In this document: piece after piece, positions 34,291 through 42,221 of the stretch
How the letters are laid out: every line of letters starts with the position of its first letter
How positions within the stretch are numbered: position 1 is the first letter of the stretch
Origin: Macrostomum lignano
Lineage: Eukaryota
DNA length: 42,906 nucleotides
Direction: 5' to 3'
NCBI GenBank assembly: GCA_002269645.1
Contig: NIVC01004534.1
Location: 1 to 42,906 of the forward strand
Notes under the pieces: generated by a model
What the model was told of the DNA's origin: nothing
The model's database searches: none
What the model saw: the letters and a program-made list of their open reading frames with translations, nothing else
Position numbers and translations under genes: made by a program

Positions 34291-37121
34291 TACAGACAGA
34301 GAGACAGACAGACAGACAGACAGAGAGACAGACAGAAAGACAGACAGACAGACAGACAGACAGAGACAGACAGACAGACACACAGAAAGACAGACAGACA
34401 CGCAGCCAGAGAGTCTGATTGATTGACCAAGAGTTTGATGCCAGAAGTGTCAGAAAAGTTGCCAGTTGCCACCAGCGCACACAACAGCAAGCCTTACGTG
34501 CACAGGATGCTCTGATCATCGCGAGCTTCCAGCATAGACCGGTAGGCCTGATCGGCGATAGCATAAATGTGTGGCGGCCGTTCCGATCGCTTTTTCCCTT
34601 TGTAGGCTTCAATCACGGGCTCGTTATAGATTGGCAGCCGCTTGTAGGGATTGACCACTACGCAGAACAGGCCTGAGTAGGTCTACAATAGCATTTTGGG
34701 TAGATTTAAAAAAAATTCATTTTTAATAAACGGTAGAAACAATGCATTGCATTGGCAAGTTGCTACAGAAAAAGTACTTTTCATTACTGCGCACACCGCC
34801 TTTGGAGGGATGAGAAATAATCTAGTGTGAAAGAAAACATAATACTTCTTAATTTTTTACCATTTTTCTACACTGCACTGCACTGCTTTTATTAACACAT
34901 TCATCTTATTTACATTGGCTAGTTTTTCTGCCCTTTGTCTTAAATGTTAAGTCAACAAAATGTGTAGAAATAACCACATAAAATTTCTACATTCTTGTAG
35001 ACACATCAGGGTTATTTTGCAACATTTTTAAAACTATAAACTCGAATACTGTAGCTCCTTCGGGATTGACACTTGGCTTTGCAGATCCACAGAGAATCGG
35101 GTTATCAAACCAGACAAAAATCATAAAATAATCTTAGATTGACATACTATATTTAAATAACTATTTCTAGTTTTAGATAGTTTAGAGGTAGGACACTGTA
35201 TGTACCTTGGCATACTTTAGGGGACATTTATCCCATAATTAGCAAGAGGCATTATTTCCCATTTTGTTGACTCCCCTGAGTAGACAGATAAGTGTGCAGA
35301 TAATATAGTCATATATATAAGCACACACTGACATAGTATATAGTGGCATTGTATACATAGTATACATAGTATTTTTTATTATGCATTGGAGATTGGCCCT
35401 TAAAGGTGTTAATAGCATGATCAGACCCAAGCTAAGATTCCAATTTAGCCTTAAATTAATATGATTGCACTAGGAATTAAACCTCTTATTGGCATATGAG
35501 ATCACCAAGCAAGACCATTAGACTATGGCTCCCTTTTATTAGAAGAATCTATAAATAATTGTGTTTATTTATTGTATTGCTAACTGCTAAAAGACCATTG
35601 ATATAATTTTAATTGAAAATTAATTGTAAAATAATTATTTTATTTTTATTTTCATTATTAGCTAAGACAATAAATAATTTTGTTTTTACTACTTTTTTAA
35701 ATGATATACTTCTTATAGATCAATTCAAAAAGAGACCTAATTCTTCAGGCTTTAAAGAATAAATTATTATGCTTCATTTATTAGCACCACGATTAATATA
35801 TTGATTTATATTATATCAGATTAGATTAATATATATTATACATAGTTAATAAATAATTTTTATTGTTTAAAATGGTTTTCAAGCTATAAAATTTAAGTTG
35901 GCCCAGAAACATTGTTATTAGAAATTGAAGTTTTTGTGTTTAAGGCTAGTCATTAACTTTTATTGTAATTATTTAAAAAAAGTAATTTAAAAAATTGATT
36001 TTAAAAAATTGATTTTTGAATTGTAAAAGTTCTAGACTATAGTAGGCCCCCTATAATTGTCAAGGAAACCTTATTAGAATCAATCTAAAAATTTACAAAC
36101 ACTCATTCTAATCTAAGCATAAAAGAATGCAAGTAAAGGTAAATATTTATACTATAAAGTATTAGTTTGGAATTTGATTATAAAATTTCAAATTGTATTC
36201 TAGGCTTTTTACTAGGCATAATTTTATATAAAGCATTTGTTTTTAACAATTTTATAAAAGTATATGCATCTCATACTTGCTGGTTTGGCCTTATTATACA
36301 AAGGTTGTACAAATGGAAATCAATTGGTATACAAGCACGACAATAGATTTCCTGCCTCACATTTAAGACAATATTTTTATAAATCCCTTTTGCCTTTAAT
36401 CTATTTATATAATAAAATATAAAAAAAATAAATCTAAAATTCGAATGAAATAATTTTTTTTCTGCAACAAATTGTTTTTACTACCGGGGCTAATTTATGA
36501 GTTTTTATTGTGAATATGCAGTAAGACAACATTAATATATATATATTTTAAAAGATATATATTCTTTATATAATTGAAAACAATAAATTAAAAATAAATA
36601 ATCTTTTAATTCAATTATTTTAAAAGTCTAAATTAAGCCAAGAACATATTCGGGTTTTGGATGCACTTTTGCAGATAGGATCAAATATAAAAATGTGATT
36701 TTTAATTTTTGAATGATATTCACACAAAAAACTTAGGCCCAAATATTGTCTAAAAACTTACATAAATAAGATCAGAATAGTATCTGTCACGAAGGTTGTG
36801 AAGAACAGATGCTTCGTTTAGGTTTGACAGTTCCGACATGTCCTCCTTCTTCGTAAACTTAGGAGGATTCATTTTTTGTATATCATCCTTGGAAACTTTT
36901 CGAGTTTCACCAGTATCAGAAACCTCAACAATAACAACATCGTCTCCCTCTTCTTGCCGAACACTAGCGGAAACAAAACCCTGAGTCTCATGTGGGATCC
37001 AAACTAGTTTTTTCGCAACCCATTCCTGCTCAAGAGAGGGGTCACTAATTATGCTGTTTGTGCCAGAAACTTCAAGAAATTTGAAGGCCGGATCTTTCTG
37101 CAATAGATCGACGGACATCAT
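7994..37121 (-). CDS. MYH10-like: Myosin II heavy chain, non-muscle/smooth type (MYH9/MYH10/zipper-like), 21 coding exons, ~2010 aa
   Basis: Exons (minus): 37121-36762, 34682-34498, 33572-33440, 31220-31128, 29884-29821, 24033-23791, 22657-22562, 21764-20503, 19539-19384, 18891-18520, 17882-17640, 17574-17327, 16873-16270, 16014-15784, 15621-15422, 15161-14900, 14215-13886, 13416-13195, 12926-12606, 11624-11407, 8183-7994. All junctions are GT-AG and phase-compatible; total 6033 nt. Motifs: P-loop GESGAGKT, switch I NDNSSRF, switch [26 protein letters not shown] region, [17 protein letters not shown], long heptad rod and acidic tailpiece. Confidence 0.96.
8279..9004. repeat. 44-bp minisatellite, ~16 copies
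   Basis: Unit TTGGATTGCTA(A/G)TCTA(G/A)CTCTCACTGACGAGTCTATAGATGAG(A/G). Confidence 0.97.
9575..10522. repeat. 29/31-bp minisatellite GGGGAGTGGCGGT(C/T)ACACAC(AG)AAACACACT, with a 60-bp dimer
   Basis: The lines starting 9601, 9661, 9721 and 9781 are nearly identical at a 60-bp period; this explains several repetitive ORFs. Confidence 0.97.
10905..11335. repeat. Purine-rich (GGAGA-type) low-complexity tract
   Basis: Almost only A/G on the plus strand; intronic. Confidence 0.9.
11407..11624 (-). CDS. MYH10-like: Myosin exon 20 (end of rod)
   Basis: cag|GTT GAC GAC GAG ([11 protein letters not shown]...VLRKQNQ) to CG|gtgagt. Confidence 0.92.
11850..12430. repeat. TTAGTGTCTGTC-type 12-bp repeat with a 69-bp higher-order unit
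   Basis: TGCCTTATTGTCTTTTAGG recurs at 12081, 12150 and 12219. Confidence 0.92.
12606..12926 (-). CDS. MYH10-like: Myosin exon 19 (rod)
   Basis: cag|[23 protein letters not shown]...VKELQQQ|gtgtg, 321 nt. Confidence 0.93.
13195..13416 (-). CDS. MYH10-like: Myosin exon 18 (rod)
   Basis: cag|[16 protein letters not shown]...EESAQ|gtttga, 222 nt. Confidence 0.92.
13515..13858. repeat. (CTA)n trinucleotide microsatellite with CTG/TTA/CAA variants
   Basis: Direct reading; source of the poly-S, poly-L and poly-V ORFs. Confidence 0.97.
13886..14215 (-). CDS. MYH10-like: Myosin exon 17 (rod)
   Basis: tag|[20 protein letters not shown]...VTHYK|gtttgt, 330 nt. Confidence 0.93.
14272..14878. repeat. 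19-bp minisatellite ATGGGGATCAGC(CCAAGT/GCACCT/CCAAAT), with a 57-bp trimer
   Basis: ATGGGG at 19-bp spacing (14469, 14488, 14507), with variants cycling in threes. Confidence 0.96.
14900..15161 (-). CDS. MYH10-like: Myosin exon 16 (rod)
   Basis: cag|A GAA CGC GAG ([10 protein letters not shown]...EDARLRLE)|gtttgt, 262 nt. Confidence 0.93.
15232..15420. repeat. (GACA)n/(GACACA)n microsatellite
   Basis: Direct reading; fills most of the intron between exons 15 and 16. Confidence 0.96.
15422..15621 (-). CDS. MYH10-like: Myosin exon 15 (rod)
   Basis: cag|[20 protein letters not shown]...RHKKFD...TVEA AG|gtctgt, 200 nt. Confidence 0.92.
15784..16014 (-). CDS. MYH10-like: Myosin exon 14 (rod)
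   Basis: aacag|[21 protein letters not shown]...RLEEAQ|gtgcgg, 231 nt. Confidence 0.9.
16270..16873 (-). CDS. MYH10-like: Myosin exon 13 (rod)
   Basis: cag|A GAC CGA ([23 protein letters not shown]...[11 protein letters not shown])|gtgcgc, 604 nt. Confidence 0.94.
16882..17220. repeat. GGGGAAGATGGTGAC-core minisatellite (~19-bp and ~30-bp units)
   Basis: Direct tandem copies inside the exon 12-13 intron. Confidence 0.93.
17327..17574 (-). CDS. MYH10-like: Myosin exon 12 (rod)
   Basis: aag|[13 protein letters not shown]...[12 protein letters not shown]|gtgaga, 248 nt; the preceding intron is 65 nt. Confidence 0.93.
17640..17882 (-). CDS. MYH10-like: Myosin exon 11 (rod)
   Basis: cag|[14 protein letters not shown]...[27 protein letters not shown]|gtgagc, 243 nt. 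Confidence 0.94.
17905..18468. repeat. 29-bp minisatellite CTGAGGATCTGGGAGGCTGGCTGCTCAG(C/T), ~19 copies
   Basis: Direct tandem copies; shortened 21-bp units at the right end. Confidence 0.97.
18520..18891 (-). CDS. MYH10-like: Myosin exon 10 (start of rod, S2)
   Basis: tag|[15 protein letters not shown]...EEAKQKAQ|gtttgt, 372 nt. Confidence 0.94.
19065..19325. repeat. 20-bp minisatellite GGGTTCATA(T/C)(C/T)GGTTCT(A/C)GT
   Basis: Direct tandem copies. Confidence 0.92.
19384..19539 (-). CDS. MYH10-like: Myosin exon 9 (IQ motifs/neck)
   Basis: cag|[15 protein letters not shown]...[28 protein letters not shown]|gtgagt, 156 nt. Confidence 0.95.
19617..20372. repeat. 23/19-bp minisatellite GGGGCGCCATATTG(AG)TGTT(GTT/ATT)
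   Basis: Direct tandem copies with a shared GGCGCCA core, degrading at the right end. Confidence 0.96.
20503..21764 (-). CDS. MYH10-like: Myosin exon 8 (bulk of motor domain: switch II, relay, actin-binding region, converter)
   Basis: cag|TG GCC CAG AAG through [33 protein letters not shown] and [23 protein letters not shown] to IVGFQ|gtgagt, 1262 nt. Confidence 0.97.
21855..22301. mobile_element. Possible MITE-like element rich in GAGTC/GACTC motifs, with short inverted ends
   Basis: AGTGACTCTAG at 21895-21905 is inverted relative to CTAGAGTCACT at 21855-21865 and 22291-22301. No target-site duplication could be assigned. Confidence 0.35.
22562..22657 (-). CDS. MYH10-like: Myosin exon 7 (motor)
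   Basis: cag|CC ATA TTT CGC ([31 protein letters not shown]) G|gtgaga, 96 nt. Confidence 0.94.
23034..23753. repeat. Two adjoining related minisatellites: 21-bp CTACCGAAGTCTATGATGAAT (23034-23445) and 22-bp CCTAC(T/C)GAAGACAAACGATAAA (23470-23753)
   Basis: Direct tandem copies sharing a CTAC(C/T)GAAG core. Confidence 0.96.
23791..24033 (-). CDS. MYH10-like: Myosin exon 6 (motor)
   Basis: cgtag|AC CTG CTA GAA AAG ([25 protein letters not shown]...[12 protein letters not shown]) T|gtaagt, 243 nt. Confidence 0.95.
24165..25630. repeat. 27-bp minisatellite CATCACTCGGATAATCATCATGATAGG, ~1.45 kb
   Basis: Direct tandem copies with recurring variant units; source of 330-500 aa repetitive ORFs. Confidence 0.97.
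27455..27845. repeat. 42-bp minisatellite TTACAGTTCCTGCTGCAATCACAGCACAAGTCCAATCACATT, ~9 copies
   Basis: Near-identical tandem copies (14-aa period in the ORF track). Confidence 0.97.
28888..29161. repeat. (GATA)n microsatellite
   Basis: Direct reading. Confidence 0.98.
29414..29478. repeat. (AC)n microsatellite
   Basis: Direct reading. Confidence 0.98.
29821..29884 (-). CDS. MYH10-like: Myosin exon 5 (motor)
   Basis: tttttag|[22 protein letters not shown]|gtatcctttt, 64 nt. Confidence 0.95.
30050..30766. repeat. (ACTA)n/(ACTG)n compound microsatellite, ~715 bp
   Basis: Direct reading. Confidence 0.98.
30910..31035. repeat. Short inverted repeat (30-bp arms), possible small MITE remnant
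   Basis: TTCATAAACGCAAAACTTCACAACCGCTAA (30910-30939) pairs with TTAGCGGTTGTGAAGTTTCGCGTTTGTGAA (31006-31035), with 2 differences. Confidence 0.75.
31128..31220 (-). CDS. MYH10-like: Myosin exon 4 (switch I)
   Basis: caag|[31 protein letters not shown]|gtaagt, 93 nt. Confidence 0.96.
31765..32678. mobile_element. 914-bp non-autonomous foldback DNA element (MITE-like) with ~330-bp inverted arms, flanked by TTAA
   Basis: Arms 31795-32125 and 32336-32676 are reverse complements (9 substitutions counted by eye, plus G/C-run length differences). The ends read TTAA|CAGTAG...CTACTG|TTAA (TTAA at 31761-31764 and 32679-32682). Confidence 0.88.
32854..32871 (-). CDS. MYH10-like: Candidate 18-nt cassette microexon (VKAVNI) in myosin loop 1
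   Basis: aattaatttttccag|GTT AAG GCC GTC AAT ATT|gtaagt; symmetric phase 0, between exons 3 and 4. Confidence 0.65.
33060..33310. repeat. Purine-rich (GAGAG/GGAGA) low-complexity tract
   Basis: Direct reading. Confidence 0.88.
33440..33572 (-). CDS. MYH10-like: Myosin exon 3 (P-loop, loop 1)
   Basis: cacag|A GGC GAA TCC ([24 protein letters not shown]...IAQSQ)|gtgagt, 133 nt. Confidence 0.96.
33770..34400. repeat. (GACA)n microsatellite with interruptions
   Basis: Direct reading; source of the SVCL-repeat ORFs. Confidence 0.97.
34498..34682 (-). CDS. MYH10-like: Myosin exon 2 (motor)
   Basis: tgtag|[19 protein letters not shown]...[28 protein letters not shown]|gtaagg, 185 nt. Confidence 0.96.
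36762..37121 (-). CDS. MYH10-like: Myosin first coding exon (N-terminal SH3-like domain)
   Basis: ATG at 37121; [13 protein letters not shown]...[41 protein letters not shown]|gtaagt, 360 nt. Confidence 0.95.
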
Positions 37122-37181
37122 TGACCGATGGCCGAAATATAAACGTTGTTTTATCGGTTATTCTTTCACCAATGTACAGTT

Positions 37182-37299
37182 CTACAATCAACAACAAAAA
37201 TTAACTAACACACTGGACTGTAGCTTTTGTTAATGACTTAACGCATTAGAAAAATTCAATAGAGTGACGCACTGTCAATATTTAAAACTGCAACCGTAC
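37182..37299 (-). other. Candidate 118-nt 5'-UTR intron of the myosin gene
   Basis: Donor CAG|GTACGG at 37299 and acceptor ttttttgttgttgattgtag ending at 37182, 60 nt before the ATG. A TCAGT initiator-like motif lies near 37450. Inferred from signals only. Confidence 0.35.
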
Positions 37300-38360
37300 C
37301 TGTATTTTCAAAGAAAACGAAATAGATTTCTTGAAAACACAATTTACTTGCCAATTACTTTTGAACTTAATAAAATTTGCTGTTAACTAACAGTATATAA
37401 AGAAAAACATTTGATTTCAAAAGATATTACGGTACTTTTTGTTACCCAACTGAGAACATTTAAAAGTTAAAAATTGAAAAGCCGAGCTATAATGGTCGCC
37501 AAATTTGGTGATCATGGTCTCGATCTGTATTTTATGCATGGTGTGTACTGTTTTTTACCAATATTTTCGTTCAAAGTTATATTTTTAAACGAAATTGAAC
37601 TACTTTTCACTAAGGTGACACTTACATTTTTTAAAACTTGTAAATGTTTGGACGACTGCGCATGTAGCAGATGGAGAGCCAAACATGATGGGATCTCAGA
37701 AATTGTACGTACTGAGCAGTATTATACATTTGCATCTTATGTAACCTAGGACGACTAAAAGTATGCATACATTTACTTACAATTTACAATGTACGTACAC
37801 GCAGAGTTCAGAGGAAGGTGATTTTTGACGACATTATTTCTAGGACCACTGAGAGTAATCTTGTAATTTTTGCATGGAGAGGCCAATTTCCTGGAAAAAA
37901 AACACTTTGGAGATAGGAAAAAAGTATTTTTTATCTCATAAGCAATTATTGCACCTGATCTGGGGCAGTGAAGATTGTCATTTTTTTTTTAATTTAACAT
38001 GCAACCATATATAATTACTTTGATATTTTTGTGTGGTATTGCACGCAAATAGCATTGCACGCAAGACAATAATTCATTGTTAATCCCGTCCGTCCATGAA
38101 CGATAGAAAAAACGATAATATGCAACACACAATTTGTATTTAATTGACTATGTTCGAAGAAATTACTAATATAAAATTCAACGCGTTTATTCAACAATTA
38201 TCCGCAAAACTGTACAAAACGCGCTTATGAATGTAAAAATATGCGATCAAGCGCTAAAGTTATGCATGAATTTTAGAAAAGGGATGCAATTAGACAATTA
38301 AGAAACTTGCACTTAGCTCGTTGATTATATGTAATTGCAAATGTATACTAATGTAAAAAT

Positions 38361-38366
38361 TTTATT
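38361..38366 (-). terminator. Polyadenylation signal (AATAAA) of Hsp70
   Basis: TTTATT on the plus strand, 45 nt after the Hsp70 stop. Confidence 0.7.
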
Positions 38367-38410
38367 CCAGAGCTAAGTACTCGTCCTTGAAGAAATAGCG
38401 CACATGATGC

Positions 38411-40324
38411 TCAGTCGACCTCCTCAACGGTGGGTACTCCGGCTCGCTGATGTCCAGGCTGAGGCTGACCAGACTGCTGCTGCTGCTGATGAAGCTTGGC
38501 CATGATTGACGAGCAGCGGCTGCTGAGTTGCTGCTGCTGGTGGGCGATCTCGTCCTTCTCGGCAGTCTGGTTGTTCTCCAGCCAGGAAATCACTTGCTCG
38601 CAGGCGGCCACCACCTCGGCGGAGTCCTTCTCGCCCAGCTTGTCTTTGCAGTCGTTGGCAGCCTGCTTGTACTGGAAGGCGAGCGACTCGAGCTGGTTGC
38701 GGGCCGCCAGGCGCTCGCGGTGCCGCTCGTCCTCCTCGCGGAACTTCTCCGCATCCCGCACCATCCTGTCGATCTCGTCCTTCGAGAGGCGGCCCTTGTC
38801 GTTCGTGATCGTGATCTTCTCCTCCTTGCTGGTGCTCTTGTCTTTCGCCGACACCACCAGGATTCCGTTGGCGTCAACGTCAAAGGTCACCTCGATCTGA
38901 GGGACTCCGCGCGGCGCTGGCGGGATGCCGTCCAGATTGAACCGGCCCAGCAGGTGGTTGTCTCGAGTGAATGCTCGCTCGCCCTCGAACACCTGAATAG
39001 TGACGCCGCTCTGGTTATCCGAGTAGGTGGTGAACGTCTGCGTCGCCTTGGTCGGGATGCGGCTGTTCCGCTCGACAATCTTGGTCATCACCCCGCCGGC
39101 GGTCTCGATGCCGAGAGACAGCGGCGCCACATCCAGCAGCAGCAGGTCGTCGATCTTGTCGTCCTTCACGCCAGTCAGCACCGCAGCCTGCACGGCAGCT
39201 CCGTAGGCGACCGCCTCGTCCGGGTTGATCGACTTGTTCAGCGTCCGACCTCCCATGAATTCTTGCAGCAATTTCTGCACCCTCGGGATCCGGGTTGATC
39301 CGCCAACCAGCACGATCTCGTTGATGTTGCTCTTGTCCATCTTGGCGTCTCTCAGCGCTCGCTCCACCGGCTCCATCGTCTGGCGAAACAAGTCGGCGCA
39401 CAGCTCCTCAAATCGAGCCCTGGTGACGCTCGTGTAAAAGTCAATGCCCTCGAACAGCGAGTCAATCTCGATGCTCGCCTGTGCCGAGCTGCTCAGCGTT
39501 CGCTTCGCTCGCTCAGCCGCAGTCCGAAGGCGTCTCACAGCCCGAGCGTTGCCGCTCATGTCCTTGCGTACTTGCGCTTGAACTCTTGCATCAGGTGCTC
39601 AACCAGACGATGATCAAAGTCCTCGCCGCCGAGGGGGTGTCGCCGGCGGTTGCGCGCACCTCGAACATGCTGCCCTCCGACACTGTCAGGATGGACACGT
39701 CGAACGTGCCGCCTCCCAGGTCAAAGATGAGAATGTTCTTCTCACCCTGCAGGTTCTTGTCCAGACCGTAGGCCAGTGCCGCAGCAGTCGGCTCGTTCAC
39801 GATGCGCAGCACGTTCAGTCCGGCAATCGCCCCGGCATCCTTCGTTGCCTGTCGCTGACTGTCGTTGAAGTAGGCCGGCACCGTGATCACCGCGTCAGAC
39901 ACCTTCTCGCCGAGGTAGGCCTCCGCCGTCTCCTTCATCTTGGTGAGAACCATGGCGGAGATCTCCTCCGGGTAGAAGCTGCGCCTCTCGCCATGTACTG
40001 CTACCTCAATCTTGGGTCGGCCTCCGTCGTTCGTCACCTTGAATGGCCACAGCTTCATGTCCCTCTGCACCGTCTCGTCTCCGAACTTTCGTCCGATCAG
40101 ACGCTTCGCGTCAAACACAGTGTTGTCCGGATTCATCGCCACCTGGTTCTTTGCAGCGTCGCCTACCAGCCTCTCCGTGTCCGTGAAGGCCACGTAGCTG
40201 GGAGTGGTTCGGTTGCCCTGGTCATTGGCAATGATCTCCACTTTGCCTGCCTGGAACACGCCAACGCACGAGTACGTGTGCCCAGGTCAATGCCGATTGC
40301 AGGTCCGTTGTTGCTCTTACCCAT
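38411..40324 (-). CDS. HSP70: Intronless cytosolic, inducible-type heat shock protein 70; three single-base deletions in this sequence (~638 aa if restored)
   Basis: [114 protein letters not shown] and C-terminal PTVEEVD*. Frame breaks at ~40277, ~39634 and ~39566. Confidence 0.95.
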
Positions 40325-40479
40325 GTTGTCGATCGATTAATTCGCACTTGCTTGATATACGAGTAGTAGCGTAGGCTGATGCGTCAGTTGCCTTGATGGC
40401 TTGCTTGGCTTTGCTGTTCGTTTCGTTCGGCTTGCGATCCGATTTCTTCTTGCCTCCAATTCTGGGCCGGGTGCTTCTC

Positions 40480-40486
40480 TTTTATA
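40480..40486 (-). promoter_or_regulatory. TATA box (TATAAAA) of Hsp70
   Basis: TTTTATA on the plus strand, ~155 nt upstream of the ATG and ahead of an A-rich 5'-UTR-like stretch. Confidence 0.85.
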
Positions 40487-40498
40487 GACTCCGGCCCG

Positions 40499-40513
40499 TT
40501 TCTAGAAGTTTCC
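40499..40513. promoter_or_regulatory. Heat-shock element, proximal, 3 perfect nGAAn units
   Basis: tTTCtaGAAgtTTCc, 12 nt upstream of the TATA box. Confidence 0.9.
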
Positions 40514-40555
40514 CGTACCATCCTCCGCGAATGCGCCGCGAGCTATTTTTAGCTC

Positions 40556-40575
40556 GTTCTGGAAATTTCGCGAAA
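40556..40575. promoter_or_regulatory. Heat-shock element, distal, 4 perfect nGAAn units
   Basis: gTTCtgGAAatTTCgcGAAa. Confidence 0.9.
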
Positions 40576-41147
40576 AAAGGGTTGTCTGACAAATTTTATC
40601 GGTTGCGTCTAAGTTGCCTACTTTCAGTAGAGAGTAGCAAACGTGGAACGTATATTTTTTACAAACATATTTACAATTGTAAAATAGATAAAGAAATTGT
40701 AGAAAATGGGAATATTTATCGTTTTAGTACCGAATAGTTCATTCTGTTATTCAATATTTACATGCTGAAACGATTAAGTCTGTAATATATGATTTTAGAA
40801 ATCGGCGAGTCCTAACCAAACCTAACGTTGCTAAACTTCGGTTATCAGACGAGAACCGGTTTTTTCAACGTGGTATGGCCAGTAGTACTTAACATCACTT
40901 TATGCTTCTCAACCCGCTGCATTATGCCAGGCCAGTTACAAGATGGCCAATTTTATTTGAAGCCCGTTTCGAATTGAACAACAGGTGATGAATCTGTCAA
41001 TCTTTAATTTAGCCTAGGAAATCATGCATGAAGCCTTTGCAAGGACTTTTCCGAGCCCTTGGGGTCTTGTCAAACTTTGGCTGGGAAAGCAACGTTGATG
41101 CTCAGCTCTTGCACTCAACTCTTCACCTCACACCAAGTGTGAGGTAT

Positions 41148-41345
41148 AACGATGATTATGAATGATTATGATTATGATTATGATTATGATGATTATGATG
41201 ATTGAACGATAGGTCCCAAAAAGGCCCACAGATGGTCCGCACGCAAAGGTCCGCACCGTCACTATATACGGACCTCTAAAGGTCCGGATGTTTGTAAAGG
41301 TCCGGATGTTAAGGTCCAATATAAGGTCCGTACGGAGGTCCAGCC
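41148..41345. repeat. (GATTAT)n run followed by dispersed AGGTCC(G) repeats
   Basis: Direct reading (41148-41201 and 41215-41345). Confidence 0.75.
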
Positions 41346-42221
41346 CAGCCATTAATTTCCCTTATGAGTTACGAATATAGCATAAAAAATAATTTAAGGC
41401 AAAACGAATTCTTTATTCTTAAATGCATGATTTTTTCAGAGATGCTGAATTAGAAATGATGTATTAATTAAAAATTAATAAGAATTATTATTACGTTGAT
41501 TTGTTTATTTTTTTATTTTAATTTTAACAGCTTTGTCGACGACAAGATTGTATGTGTTCAACTGCTACTTTAAGAGTGTCAAGTGCACCACATCTAACGA
41601 AAGCCTGCTACTAGCGATGGCGCAGACTCCCGAGAAATGGCATCACGCCGACGCAACTTAGAAATAACTTCGAATACCCCAGAAATGCCTCGAGAAGAAG
41701 AAGGCACGTGCTGCAAATTGAAGGCAACAGAGAATGTGGCGAGTACAACGACAATGTCCTTAACATTGTCAAACAGCAGCTTGGCACCATTCACGGACAC
41801 ACAGTTGTTAATTGGCAACTCAGAGGAAAAAAAATTGTCTGGATCCAGCTTCAAGCGGCCAAGAAGCAAAGAGATGCCATTTTGGAGCAGACGGACGCTC
41901 TGCTGACGCTTAGCCTCGAACACATGTGCATTTACATTTACATGTAATACTGGAATGGCTACTTGCACTTTTAAACAACTTGCCAAAGTGCTTGAGTTTC
42001 CCGAACTTCTGGCATGCTCTTGCATGTACCTCGCAGTGTGCGCGCGAGCAGCGGAATTGTTGCGGTGATGAGACATCCGATCTCTGGACTCCGATTTCAT
42101 TCTATAGAATGATGTTGTCGTGAATTCGTTCAATCTCGGACTACTCAATGACCCTGGCTACACAGTTCACTGTTCCGCAATTTATTTGAGCGTCACGGAG
42201 GGGATTTAAAAAGATAACGCT

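Noticed and set aside
38496-40340. Plus-strand ORFs overlapping Hsp70 (e.g. 38528-39298, 256 aa)
   Set aside because: Antisense open frames are expected from the GC-rich codon usage of hsp70 genes; no start context or recognisable product.
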